Positions 35,801 through 50,800 of a stretch of 64,000 nucleotides of DNA are shown here, one piece after another (position 1 is the stretch's first letter; each line of letters opens with the position of its first letter). The notes beneath the pieces were generated by a model. That model saw only the letters and a program-made list of their open reading frames with translations. It did not search any database and was not told where the DNA came from. The stretch covers positions 88,722,001 through 88,786,000 of the forward strand of contig NC_043003.1 of assembly GCF_006345805.1 (NCBI RefSeq), given 5' to 3'. The stretch is from Octopus sinensis (taxonomy: Eukaryota). The translations under genes were made by a program, and so were the position numbers.

Positions 35801-38800
35801 TGCTTCGTCCTAGAGAAAAAAAATATTTTGTTTTATTTGCAATAAAATATTCCATAGAACTTACTCACCAAAATAAAACCGAAAATAGATTTTGAAACTA
35901 CAATTACTTTAATATAAGGGCATAACATGAAGTATCAATTATGCTTATATGATAGTAATTTACATACCATTGTGAAGCTCATCCACTCTAGCCGAACAAT
36001 TACAAAACTGTTTAAACATACACACAAACACAGAATTTAAGTTATTTTAAAACCATTTTTGATTTGTAGAGTAATATTAAAGTTCTCTTTACCTTCTGAT
36101 GCTTCTTTTAAAAGATTCTGCAGTTCAGATACAGCACGCAACAGTTCCTTAATCTTATTCTCAGAGTCTTCAGATAAACCCTATTTAAATAATAAAGAAA
36201 AAGAAAACAAATGGAAATGGAAAATTATTACCACATGACACATTAATTCCCTAACCTCTCAATCAGGAAATTCTGATCAGCCTACTTAGAGGCATTAAGT
36301 ATGGAAATTAACCAAAGAAATCATTGGATTAACTTTCAGAATAGTGATCCAGTGTTTTACATGTTACATTTGTCACATGGCATTGTTCAGCATCAGGTCA
36401 AACAACCATGTACAGCTGCCATCCCAGGCTGTTGATGGCATAGTTGTTTAGACACTTGTCAGGCTTGTGGTCAAAGACATTCTAGCTGTGACCATTCTAT
36501 TTAGGAATACATTATTCAATGTATCCATCTGTTTACTTTAAGTTAGGAGCAGGCTAGAACTGAGGGAGATTTGGTTGCTATTTCTATGAAGTTGTACAAC
36601 TTCAAATAATCTCCCTCATTGACTTGGTCTTTATTTGGAAGTTGCAGATGATATAATAGAAATATCATGAGTAAACACTGCTTCTGTTAAAGTTTGAATG
36701 ATCATAATTTTCTAGTACTTATATCATCAATCACGAGGATACAGGTATTAGGTCTAAGGCTCAAACCCCACTACTACACAGTACTGTGGGCAGACACTTT
36801 CACCACAGCCTCAGATTGACCCAAGTCTTACAAGTAAATGGGGATAGATGAAAGCTACGTAGAAACCTGTCAGACGGATTGTACTTGGAATTCAAAAGTC
36901 CAGCCTTATCATTCATATCCTACCCAAGAATTATGTTGAGAGTACATCAAATACTCAACCCGCCAATCCTGCAGACAGATTGTCGAGCCAATTAACAATT
37001 GGACACACTCATGTGCCCATCTTCCATGCTGGCATGGGTGGGACGGTTTGACAGGAGCCAGTCAAGCAGAAGCCTGCACCAGACTTCTGTGACTGTTTTA
37101 GCAGGGTTTTTACAGCTTGATACCCTTCCGTGGAACAAGCACAGGTGAGGTTAGTTTTGGCAAGGTTTTTACAGCTGGATGCCCTTCCAAATGCCAACCA
37201 CTTTACAGTGTGGACTGGATGCTCCTTTTTTTTGTAGTTGGGTTTGAAATGCAAACCCATGAACTGAATCAGATGTCAAAGCAATAATGAGAGTGACTGT
37301 CATGTTCTCCCTGAATACTATGAGTGTGTGTGTGTGTACGCGTGCACACACACAGTACCTGGCTCTCCCATTGGTTTCAACGAAAAGTATTCAAATTGTT
37401 TGATCACTGAACCACCTAGTCATTGATTTATAGTGTAAATGGCTGAGTATTCCATAGACTTATACAGCCTTAATAGTAAAATTAGTGGGACAGGGTACAG
37501 TTCATCCAATGGGCATCCAAAGTAAGAGTTAATACAAGGCCCACAATGCCATAAAGTGGAACTGACCTCAGGGCTTCATGACTGCAAAGAAAATTTCTGA
37601 ACCACCCAGTCATGTCTGTGCATATATTGGAAAGAGGAAAATATAAAATTTTGGAAAAATAAATAAAAAAGAAACCTGAGCACCAAATACAAAGATTAGT
37701 CAGCATGGCGCAAGAAGTGGATAAATTCTGCCACTTAATTTGTGTTGAAGTAGAGTTAATAACTCTGTTGGTTTGGATTCACCAAGTTTTGATGAAGTTC
37801 AGAGATTGATAACATTGAAAAGAAGATTGTATAAGAAGTGCAATAATATACACAGTGAAATGCAGATGTATGCTGAGTGCAGAAAATGAATGCAATGGTA
37901 ACTTACAACAAAACAAGAGCATGATTGAGATGGAGACATTTATGAGTAGACACATGTAAGAGAAGTTGCTGTATTGGTGTAGACTCATAATCCAAATGCA
38001 CAAGCAAGATTCAGGATTTGATAGGGATAAGATGTTTATGTTCAAATAGGCCTAGAAAGAAGTCATCATATGAGATTTGGGAATGTCAGCTCTCATGTAG
38101 GATTCAAACAAAGAGACATGCCACGTTCTTTCTCTTTTTTTTATGCAAGTCATGATAGAAAAATACATGCACTGATGTGCATATGCAACATAAAGAATGT
38201 TGAAAATTCATCTAGTTTACACTTGTACACAAATGGTATCAAAATACTATTACTGGAAAAAATAAAACAAAGGAAAATGTAAAATTTCTCACCTTGTACA
38301 GATTTACTAACTTTGTTTGTGATTGTAATTCTTGCTGAAACTGGAATTCTGCTTTGATTTGATCATCACGAGCCTTCAAACAGGAAATAACATTTAAACA
38401 AAATAGTCTAAGCAAAACTAACTTAATACAAATTGTCTCACTAGTCTTTCAAACCTTCCACAGACCACAAGTAACTAAGATATCTGCTTTAACCTCCCAA
38501 AGACAGACATATAATTGGCAAATGTAGTTCCCACCGCATACAGACAAATAACTAACATATTACATGAGCAATAATTCCAAAATTAAATAATAGTTTTCAT
38601 GAGGAACATTGGAAAACTGTTCAAACAATGCAGATATAACTATGAGAAACTATTCAGATAAAATGTATAGAGATATTACCATGGGAAGCTTGATATAAAT
38701 TGATTTGCTTTCTGAAGTTATCTGTACAGATTTTGTATAGAAATTAGAGCCAGCACTTAATATTACAATGCTTCTTTTAAGATGAAATTTTTGAGGCAGG

Positions 38801-41800
38801 ATTTCTATAGCTGGATGCCCTTCTAGTTACTAACCCTCATCTGTTTCCAAGGAAGTTAATATTTCCTCATAGCCAGAAATGTTCCCATGGAAGACGAAAC
38901 AAAAGACTGTTTATATTATGGTAACATTTGCTTATAACTATCCTGTCAAGGCAAGGCAATACAAACATGCGTACATATATGATTTCTTTACAGCCCACAA
39001 GGGGCTACACACAGAGGGGACAAACAAGGACAGACAAACGGATTAAGTCGATTATATCGACCCCAGTGCGTAACTGGTACTTAATTTATCGACTCCAAAA
39101 GGATGAAAGGCAAAATTGACCTCTGCGGAATTTAAACTCAGAACATAGCGGCAGATGAAATACCACTAAGCATTTCGCCCGGCATGCTAATATTTCTGCC
39201 AGCTCGCTGCCTTTCAGTTTCTGTCAACCAAATCCATTCACAAGGTTTTGTTTGGCCTAAGACTATAATAAGATGCTTGTCACAGGTGCCACACAGTGGG
39301 ACTGAACTTATAGTCACACAGCCAAACCGGCATTTAATAAAGATATTTCTATTCATGCAATATAAAATAAACAGTAGGAAGATATTCAAATGTTATGGAA
39401 TAAAACTTACATCTTTGAGTTTTTCATTAAACTCTTCGATCTTTTTTCTCTGTTCATTGTTTACATTCTTCAGTGATTCAATATTTTCTTTCAATAACAT
39501 TGCCTTTCACAAGAAATAAGAAAATAATTTTAGACACATGTGCCTGCAACAGATAAATGCTTTCAACTATCAAATACATAAATACTTCCATTTTTGATTA
39601 TAAATTATTAACAGAAATTAAGAAAGGATTTTATATGCACACATTCAGTATAGCTATCTCTATTCATACATATCTATCTGCACACATGCACATGTGTCTG
39701 TGTGTGTACAGGCTTATATAATCTTAGCTTTTTGTCATCTCCTCTTTGGAGCTTAGCATCCTGAGGCCAGTCTTTACAAATCTCCCAAACTTCTTTATTT
39801 GGTTATCATCCTCCATACTCATCACATACCAATTCCATCTTCTCTTTTCATCACTACATGTAAATTCTCTTCAACCCAGCTTTTCTCTCATTTATACTCC
39901 ATTATTCATATATACTGACATTACACATCCATCAGAGCCTGGATCACTTTTTCTTTTTCAGCCTTCACAAATCCTTGATATTCAAACCTTGCATTATACT
40001 ACATTTAGTACTGAAGAACTACACAATCTGCCCTTCACTCTCACAAAAAAACCCTTTATTAATTTCAATAATTCAAAAAACATATAGTGGTACTCAAATA
40101 GTAATATCTACCTCATCAGTTTTCATATCAAGCTCAGATTGAACTTTGAGCAACTGGGCAGTCTGCAAATAAAAAAAGAAAATGAAATACAGACATTATC
40201 AATAATATTATGCCAACTTGTTCTTTTTGTACATACCTGTGGTGTGTGTCACATTTACTTCAAAGGAAGAAGTGAGTGGCAAAGCAAGAGTGGAGGACAG
40301 AGGAAGTAAGAGAGAAAGTGAATGAGGGAGAAAGAGAGCGAGATAAACCTTCAAGTGGTTGAAAGAAAACAAAAAAAGATCCTATATAGGGGCAGGAAAA
40401 TCTTTTTAGTCGTTAGGGTTACTATGGGTGTTAATCCAGTCTTAACAGCAGCATTTGTGGGTCTCACAGATCTAGAGGCCAAGCTCCCATATAAACACTG
40501 ATGCTCAGGCTGTTATCAAACTGAGCAGGGGTCGAGGGCGAATACACAACGGAATAGCAATTATTTCATCTTAGCTTTCACTGTGCCTTACAATATGGAA
40601 CATTTCCTTTTCTTTCACTCTTTTTAAAAAATGGCACTCCATTGGTTCCTATTTATCTGATCAACGGAACAATCTGCTTGTAAAATTAATGCACAAGTGG
40701 CTGAGTACTCCACACATGCATACCATAAGGTAGTTCTCAGGGAGATTCAGCTTCACACATGACTGAAACAAGTAAAAGGATAAAAGAATACTGGAAGAAC
40801 ATTCCATACCATGAAACCAAGAAGGTTCTTTGAATATGTACAATTTATTTCAAGGCCAAAGATTTTATAGTTATCAGTTTTACACTTCTTTCTATATTCT
40901 GTAACTGTCACAACATAGAAACATTTCTCATGGCACCAGCACACAATTTACAGATGCTTACATTTTTTATTTCATTTTTGGATTTGGTTTGCAAGATTCT
41001 TTATGTGAGTTTGTGTGTTGAAGCATATTCTGTTGTGTCTGGGGAGAGTCATTCTCTTTTAGTGCCTTATAATTTAACAGACTCACTAGTAAAATTTCCA
41101 CTTATTTATTCTTTATTTTTCTAAAATTTTCATTGTGAATTTTTCACAGGTCCAGCTAGTCATTATTATTATTCTTGTTGTTATTGTTATTATTAAGGTG
41201 GCAAGTTGGCAGTCTTTCACCTGTCTTTATGTTCCGAGTTCAAATTCCGCCAAGGTTGACTTTGCCTTTCATCCTTTCAGGGTCAATAAATTTAGTACCA
41301 GTGAAACACTGGGGTCTATATAATCGACTTACCCTCACCCAAAATGTTTGCCCTTGTGACAAAATTTGAAATTATTATTATATTAAGGTGGGGAATTGGC
41401 AGAATTGTTAGAGTTACAGGCAAAATGCTTAAGGGCATTTCTTTCAACTCCACATTTTGAGTTGAAATACCACCCAAGAAAACTTTACTATTCATTCTTT
41501 CAGAATAAATAGGATAAAGTTATGAGTAAATTTTTAATGTGAAGTTTTAATTTAGAACAGTTTAAAACAAAAAGTTTGTAGCATAGTGCCAAGTGCAGTC
41601 TTAGATGGGTTGATATCAAAATGGTTAAAATACAGCCTCATCATCATCATCATAAAATATAGAGCAATACCTTATCTTTAACAATATTCTGCTGGTCTGT
41701 GATTTTCTTCTCCAGTTCACTATTAAGATAGTCAACTTGTCCTTTCAGTTGCTTAATCTCTTCAGAAAATCTTTCTTTTTGGTACTAAGAATATAAAGAA

Positions 41801-44800
41801 AATAAGGCAAAAGAATAAATTAAAGTATAAAAAACCAACAAAACAAGAGAGGTATTTTCAATGTATATTCATATTTGTGAGTCTATGTGCATATATGAAT
41901 TATATATATATATACATACACCAACAAAATGACATGGAAAATTCTTTAACACATCTTTAATTATAAGTATATACACATACACACAGAGTCAGTTCTATTA
42001 CACAATTCCAATTTTATTCAGCTTAAGCAGCATTACTACAAACCAGTATCTTTGCTTCTATATACTCCAGACTGGCTGATTTGGAAGGGACACAAATTCA
42101 TGACATTGAAAAGCAGTGAAATGTGCATCTGTTGCTCTCATCAACACTTTCAGAGCAATTTCATTTCACCAAGCAATGTAAGTATATTGTGTTTCTTGAC
42201 ACAATACATCATTTCCCAAGACAAAAGTTCCAGCTATATTGGCTTCCAGGAACTGCTAAGTCATTTTCAGCTAGCAGATCCATATAGGATGGAACACCTG
42301 AACACTCCATTGCGGACATGGTCAAGTGGCAATGGGTCTTCGAGGTCGTACATAGATAAGATTTTAATTAGGAAAGCAGATAAGAACATAGCTAAGTGTC
42401 CACAGTTTTATCCAGTAAGCTAGTGATCATAAGACGGTCACTTGTGAGTTGAACCTAGATAAGGTATATAGTCAAGGATCTGGCTACGTCCTTCTGGTGA
42501 TTGAGGAGTACAGAAAGGGGATTAAGTTGTTAATACAGAGGGCATTAACAAGAGCCATCATTAATAACAAATGGTGGTATGCCCTCAAAAGAGCCATTAA
42601 ATTCAAATCTATTAGATATAGCATAGGCTTAGTGGCTAGTGAACGTAGGCAGGGACAGGGTTTAGTTAAGGCTTTAGAGGAAGCCATGAGGACTGGCAGT
42701 GCAACCCAGGCAAAGGCGAAGAGACTGAAACTAAACCAAGCACATGGGGTACATTGTCAAGTTTAGACTACATGCAGTGGGTTGCAAGGAAATCAAGGCC
42801 ACTAGATGAGTCCGAGTGGTGGAAGCCCAACATGGAAATGATTCCACAGTTCGATCTTTGATAAATGAACCTAAGGAGATGTGTGAGGCCTTTCAGGAGC
42901 ACTTCACCCAGCTTTTTGGACTGGATAATAAGAGGGACATAACAGACTTCCTCGCCAGGTTGATACGCCGTTCGGGGCGGGATACAGTCTTCTGAAGGGC
43001 CGATCACACCTGCGGAGGTAACTGAGACTATAGCAGACTGTGGTGTAGGAAAATCACCGGGACTGGATGGTCTGCCCTACAAATTGTATAAGAGTATGCC
43101 AAACTTGTTCAGGCACCTGCTGGCCAGTGTGTACACGAACTGGCAACAGAATGGGTTAATTCCCAAATCTGTACACCGGGGAGTGGTGACACTGATCAGA
43201 AAGGATCCAGACAAGGGGGATTGTATAGATAATTTCCAGCCCATCACTCTGGTACACACAGAGTTAAAGATTTTGGCCAAGGTGCTAGCAAGAAGATTGG
43301 CACATGTCGCGAATGTTCTGATCAGGGAGGCACAGAAATGTGCCATTCCCAGCAGAAGAATTCAGGACAATCTCCATCTTCTATGCTACACCTTAGAGGG
43401 GTTTGAGAGTAATTCTGGCAAGGGTGGGGCAGTGGTCCATTTAGACCAAGCTAAGTCTTTCAATAGGGTTGACCATGATTACCTGGTGTCTGTTCTTGCA
43501 CAGTTCGGCCTAGGTCTTGGCATAATTCAATTGTACAATAACATCAACTAAATCGTTCGGGTAAACAGTTTTCTGTCAAAACAGTTCTGAATTAAACGCT
43601 CGGTTCGCCAAGGATGTCCACTCTCACCACTTTTGTATGTGATGGTTCTTGAGCCGTTACTGCGAAAGTTGAGTGGCATCCCAAGAGGACCAGGCAGTGG
43701 AGAGTCAGTTTCAGCTTATGCAGATAACATCACCATCGACGTGACCAAAATGGAACACCTACAGAGGGTAGGCAAGGCCATTGAGGTTTACAAGACAGTG
43801 GCAGGTGCAAAGATTAATGAGGATAATTCAGTCGCCTTGCAACTCAACACCCAGAGGGGCAAGTCGATGCCTCCAGACAGCGTCATGGGACGTTGGACAG
43901 AGGGCCCAGTTAAGTTGCTAGGAGTCTGGTTGGCCCAGATCTCCAGGTAGAAAAGAACTGGGCTGAGGTTTCAAGCAGGGTAGACCACAAGTCGCCAATG
44001 TATTCATCGCATCGGTCATCACTTACCGCCTAACCATCATTCCTTGCCCAGATTCGTGGTTGACCAAGTTGGAAAGACAGCTCTTTCACTTTTTGTGGAA
44101 GGGCTCAAAACCACTTGTGAGATGTAATGGTTAAGAACACAAGCTACTAACACCAAGATTCCGAGTTTGATTCCAGGCAGTGACCTGAATAATAATAATA
44201 ATAGTAATAATAACAATAACATCGAAAAATACCTAAGGAATGAGAACTCAGGTTTGAAATTTCCCCAAGACGCCTGATGAAGGCTGGAAGGTATATCAGC
44301 TGAAACGTTGTGTTAACAACGAACAAGATGAGGACAAATATCTGTCAAATGTAAATTATGTAAATAATGTTCTATCTGCTGTCAAAAACCGTTAAAGGGG
44401 AGACTAGGGATGCCTTGGAAGTTGATGCACAAACATGTGCTGAGGTTGAGATCTTTGGCTCTTCCTGGATGGTGAATGGGTGTGGTCACTGCTAGTGAGA
44501 CGGATGTTTCCCACATTCACTAGTTTCGGTGGACGGGAAGCCTGGTGCTATCAAAGATCTAAATTGGGTACAGAGTGTCGCATGGTACTCCTGCTATTCC
44601 GTTGCTTGGGCAATGCCAGTGGTGGTGGTTCAACCGCATCTTTCTATAGTGGTTTGGGAGAGGATGGATGTGACAATACCCTGGGAGTGACCCTGGGTCT
44701 TGAGGAAAATCAACTAGACAGTCTGTTCCAACATACATTTGGGCAGAAGACACTGGATCATTTCCAAGTCTTTGACCTGGCAATGTTACTGAGGAGACTT

Positions 44801-47800
44801 GCCCGTTTGGGATAAGCTCACAAGACACAATCAATGCAACACACTGATCTGTCCAAGATGTGAGCAGGAAAGAGTAACTGGCCTGCACGCTATTGTTTAG
44901 TGCTCAGAGATGTCGGAAGTGTGGACTTATGCGGAACACATGTTGTCTGATACAGGAAGAGAACAGCTATCGACCGAAGTCAATTTTAAAAATTCACCCA
45001 TCATGTTTCCTGACGAAAGAAGGTAAGAAATGTTTCTTCATAGTAGTTGCAATCACAAAAGAAGTGGTATGGAAGATGAGAATGGAAGGAGTAATGACAG
45101 ACAGCTTCACCTCTGGCGTCAGTCTACAAAGATATTTCGCTTGTCATTTGAAAAGGAAAGTGAGGCTGGAGAGAAGATGCCTGTCAGAGAAAATATTTCA
45201 TGATAACACGGAAAAAATAAATAATTACCGGGGTAGCAAAAATTCACATAAGTACCAAGGATGTAACAGCCCACTTATAAAGGTAGAAATTTCAGGGTTT
45301 GGTGAAATATTTTTGTATAACATAAAAATAAATAAATGGAGTTAAATGTAGGTGTTATTCAAATCTTTATACTTCCAACATCTTTCAAAGAAAAGCTAAA
45401 GTCAATTTAAATATCATAAAACCTAGCTATTGGTGAAATAAGAATATCTCGTGCTTCAGTTTATACACAGAATATTTATTTCTCAGATTAATAGAGAAAA
45501 AAGTTACTCTTATATGCTTTCCTGAAACTTAGTACAGTAAAGTGACTGCAAATGGGAATCAAAGCTAGCTTACCAAGAACTGATAACAATTTGAGGGACT
45601 TTTTTGAAAGGAACTGGAGAACTCAGTAAATTTTTTAATTAATATGATGTTAAAGAAATAAAAAGGTGGGGGGGGGGAAGCACAAAAAGACAGAAAAGTT
45701 AGTTCACCTTAGCAATAATGTCATTACTGTGGAATTCTTCAACTTTTGCAAGAGCTTCTGATTTACCTCGATTAGCTTCAGAGAATTTCTCTGATAATTC
45801 TTTACACTCCTCTGAAATATAACACAGGTTTTTATGTTTAAAATAATTACAATTTCTAAAGAGAAATTTAAATGCAATTTTCTCATAAGCATACACATTC
45901 CTTGAATGGTCCACAAACATTTCACTTTGCAAAGAAATAAACTTTGCAGTGGAAGCTGTTTATTGAGATCACTGTGGGATAAAGCCTTTTCATTAACAAC
46001 TGGCTGATGGCATTAAACAGATGAACATTTAAGCAATACAAGATTACCCATGACTTGTTGGGTCACAGAGAGAGACTGAATTTCCCAGCAATGGAGTTTT
46101 GTTTTGTGGGGGTTTTCTTTCCAGGTTATTTCGCATGCTTTCAACAAATGTGACATCAAAATCACATGTTAACGGCTCCTTTCCCCAGGAAAGGAAAGAT
46201 TTGGCTGCTATTTCTTGCATACCCTGCAACCGTGTAACATATTTCGGGTCCTTTATCGCATATAGCTGTTACGTGGTAGCAAGGCATGCTAGAAATAGCA
46301 GCCAAATCTTTGGAGGTGAGATGTTGAATGCACTCTAAAAAAACCTATGGCAAACAAAATATTTACTGTATTTTTAAAGTTATTTTCAAATATGCCAAAA
46401 AAAATTTTTGTAATGGTATTCACTTGAAAATAATTTAACTCTTTCGTTACTATATTTCTGACCAAAATACACCCCTCATGAGTTTCAATTAAATTCTAAA
46501 ATAATCATGAATTTAGGCTTGTTTCATTAAATAACTGTAACTTTTTTACTTAACATATTAATGTGATATTTGGAACATAATTAAAGAAAGGGTTCTTAAT
46601 CAATTCTATTGCATAACTTTTGTCTCAAAGTGACTTTAATTACAGGTAAATCCAGGTAAACTGAGCAAAAGGTAAAAATATTAAAATTTTGTTTAAATAT
46701 CACCATAGAAAATGAATCATCAGCTAATATTCAAATGGGTATGCAACAAAATTTTGATAAAGAAGAATTGTGCACATCACTAAATCATCAGTTGAATTTA
46801 ATGCACAACAGGTGTACCATAGAGGTGGAATAAACTGAAATACTGGAATCCACCGCAAGTTTGACCGAACTAAAGAAATCAGTCAAAAAATAATATACGG
46901 CCCTGGTTATGGTATGGAAGTGATAAATTCCAGACCACATCGTTCCCTAGGCCATGCTGACTAACATTATTTTCCCTGTATAAAAACTAAATCCATGCAG
47001 TACCCAGTATTTGCTTCACAAATTTTCCAAACTTTGATCCCTCATTTTGTGTTTGTTTACAATCTGCGTAAATTTGTTTCCGCATTGATCGCTTCAAACA
47101 ATAACTTCCAGACCACATCGTACCCTAAGCCATACCGACTAACATTAGTTTCCCTGTATAAAAACTAAATCCACAACAGTACCCAGTATTTGCTTTACAA
47201 ATTTTCCAAACTTTGATCCCCCATTTTGTGTTTGTTTACAATCTGAGAAACAGTTTGCTTCCACAGTGATCACTCCAAACAAGCATACTGAAACAAATAA
47301 AGTCTAATGGTTTCGCTTCCTAAGAAAGACTATAGATAAACTCTATCTCCTCAGAAAAATTGCTAATAAAAACATTTTTAGAGTTTTTACTTCATTCCGA
47401 TGTAAAATCGTCTTTGCTGTCACTATCGCTGCTTTGTTTCTTCGGAATCGCTGCTTTCGGTTAACGGATAAAAAAATATCCTATTCATTATTGTACACCA
47501 TGTGCTTTTGTACCTCATTCATTCTTTTTCTCGATATCTCCCTATTTTCCGTTGAAAAAGCTTTAAATTCGGAATCAATGCTTCATAACATGAAACTCCT
47601 ATCCATTTTCAAAGTTGAAGAAAAATCGATGCCAAAAAAATGTGGAAAAAAAATCTCCCAAAATTCACTGAGTTGAGATATCACGTCAAGCAATGTCGGA
47701 TACTATAACCCAACTATTTACAAAGTGAAATCACATGTTTTAACGAATGTGCCAATGAGATTTGGGTTCAAATTTACATTTAAATAACAATAGGTTCTCT

Positions 47801-50800
47801 CGGCTGGCTATGGCCGGGTTGGTATTACGAACCAAAAAATTTTTCAGCCAGGTTAGTAACGAAAGGGTTAAAAAAACATCGAAATATAAATAATTACTGT
47901 ACAAACAACATACATTTTTGAAATTACATTCACTTAAAAATATTTCTATATGATTAAAATAATGTGTTTAACAAAAGCGAAAATAGAAACATTTATCAGT
48001 AAAAAACAAATCATATTTTTCGTTATTAAGTCACTTTGTCTTATCAAAAGATAAGAGTTTCTTCACTTTCAGGATTAAGATTATTTTCGGAATATTTTCC
48101 CATTATGTGCCATTTTGGATATTTATACCCCATAAACCTCTAATATCTCAAAAACCACTTGTACGATTTACACAAAACTTGTTTTATTCCGCTTGTATTA
48201 ACATTTCAGGGTAATCTTAATTCATAACATTTTCCCTTTGTGCACCAGTTTGGTTGGGTAACATTGTAAGCAAGCAAGCAAGATTCAAACTGACTTTTAA
48301 TATTTCATACATTTAAGCAATATGACTGCAATAATCATGAAAAAAATTGCTCAGTTAGTCGTGGTCTTTTGGAGGCTCTTATGACTGAAGAGTTTTGGGA
48401 GTTTATATAATTGGATAAAGTTATTGTAATCTAAATTTCTGGAAATAGAACAAAGTACTTCAAGACTAATAAGGATCAGAAGAGTAATGATTAGACAGAA
48501 TGTTTGCCATGAAGTGTTGGGAAAGTGTTTTTGTATTGAAGAGTTTTATTAGGATGTGAGAAAAGTTTGGAATTAATAAGTTTCAAGAAAAAGCTTACTC
48601 ATTAGGCAAATACAATTTTTTCCCGCAATTTATCAGCACTAAATCTTACATCCTGAAGACTCTAAGAGAAGAAAATATATTTCTCATTTAGTCCACAACA
48701 TAAAGCTGGAGCAAATATACAGCCCCAGAGTTAATGGACTGTTTAGCAGATATGAAATGTTGTAAGAAATATAATGGTTGTAGGGGAAAAGTGTTAAGCC
48801 CTAAACTGCTAACTACATGGTCACAAGTTCAAAGCCATTGTATTTACTCCTGAGCATGACACACAACTCTATAAGCTAAGCTACAGGTTTACCTGACTGA
48901 AAAAAAGAAAATAGATTCTATTCTAAATAGTAAGAAGAGCAATAAAAGATAGGATTTCTTCTTTGTTTGTTTTACTTATTGTAGCTGCAAAAAAACTGTC
49001 ATCTGTCATTTATCTTATGTATGAATACAATATATTGAAGCTTACCATTTAGACGATCAACTTCTTTTGATCTCTTTTCTAGTAGTATGGCCAACTCCTT
49101 CTTCTCGGCTTCCAATTGTTCATTTGATTTACTAAGTTGAATCTTCAAAATACAACATTAATTATATTTAATTATATTACTCTTTTTCTAATGGAGAACA
49201 TTTACTTACAACATTTACTTTGTATGTTCATGCAAAACTGATTAGAAAAACAATCTTCAAAATGAGACACCTGTACCAAAATTAGGACTTCAATCATTAC
49301 AGATGGGGTAGTTGTCTACAATATCTTACATTCTATAATATAATCATCATAAACAGAATTATTATCTTTTAATCCATGCTGGTTGAATATAAGAACTTAA
49401 TAGTTGATACAGATATATGTAAAATTCCTTATAAACAAAATGATTTATTAGGACCCCAATATGGGTTTTCGCGAGGAATACTCACTAAGAGAGAGAATTC
49501 GCCGGAGAAACCTGATATCTGAACTAAAGATGAGGAAACAAATGGGAGAGAAGGGTTTACGAATCCAAGATGGACAGATAATCAAGTCCTACCTCTGGTC
49601 CCATGCTGTAGTGCTGACAGGGAAAGTGATGTGAGGGCAAATCGAAGTGAAGTTGATACCCCCGTCAACGATGCTATATCTGATACCCCTTATTCTGCTT
49701 GTTCCCCAACTCCCGCCCCTCAGACTTCACAGCTCAGCATCGTCTACACCAACTCGTGCTCCTTATTCCCAAAGTTCAATGAACTATTTACACTGGCCAT
49801 ACGTGACTCCCCTGATGTGATAGCTATCACCGAGACTTGGCTGACTCCAGCAGTAAAGGACTCAGAAATCCACCTGCAGGGCTACGTCCTTTTCAGATGT
49901 GACAGAGGAAAAAGGCGAGGTGGAGGTGTTGCTGTGTATGTTAAGTCTGAGCACAAACCGTCCAGCGGTATTCTACTCACTAATGCTCAGCCTACAACAA
50001 AATTCGATGCCGTCTATTGCAAGCTGAGCCTATCTGAGTTTTGCCTGCCCGTGTTGGCTGTATACAGGCCGCCTCTTGCCGACCCCCAGGACGATACTCA
50101 TTTACTCGAAGCGATAAGATTCGTTTCAGCTTCGCATGACTGTTTGGTACTAGGAGACTTCAACGCTCCCACGATCGATTGGCCCACATCAATTTGTACA
50201 GCATCTTCCCGGTTCGGCCAGGCCCTTCTTGACGTGGCTGAAGATTGTTTTCTATCGCAACATGTTGAATATAAGGCATCGGTCTGGGCAGCAGCCATCT
50301 ATGCTAGATCTGGTATTCTCCCGCTATCCAAGATCAGTGTCAGACGTATCTGTGTGCGCCCCTCTTGCCAAGAGTGATCATGCGGTCCTGAAGTTCGTCA
50401 TGCACACAACTTTTTCTGCGCCCACGACTACTTCGCTGCCATGTAGAGTCTTCTCTGCAATTAATCTTGAAATTCTAACCGAGGCTTCCGCGCTTCTGGA
50501 CTGGCGATCCCTGATGACGTTGTCCTCAGTTGATGAACTATGGTCATCCCTCAAAGCATATGTAATCTGTTTGACTGACCAGGCAGTTCCCGTTGGGCTT
50601 CCCAAGAGGAAGAAACACAAGCCCTGGGTGACGAAGAGGGTTAAACGAGAACGTCGACTCAGAGATATTGCTTGGGCTGAATTCAAAAATCTGGATTCGA
50701 CTGCAGTTTTTGAGGTGTACAAAACACAACGAGACCGAGCCGTGAAAATCGAAAAGAAAGAACGCTTCAGTTATGAATACAAAATCGCGGCAAATGCCAG

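Noticed and set aside
44125-44190. Functional tRNA gene
   Set aside because: The acceptor stem is not closed and the boxes are degenerate; it continues into a SINE body.
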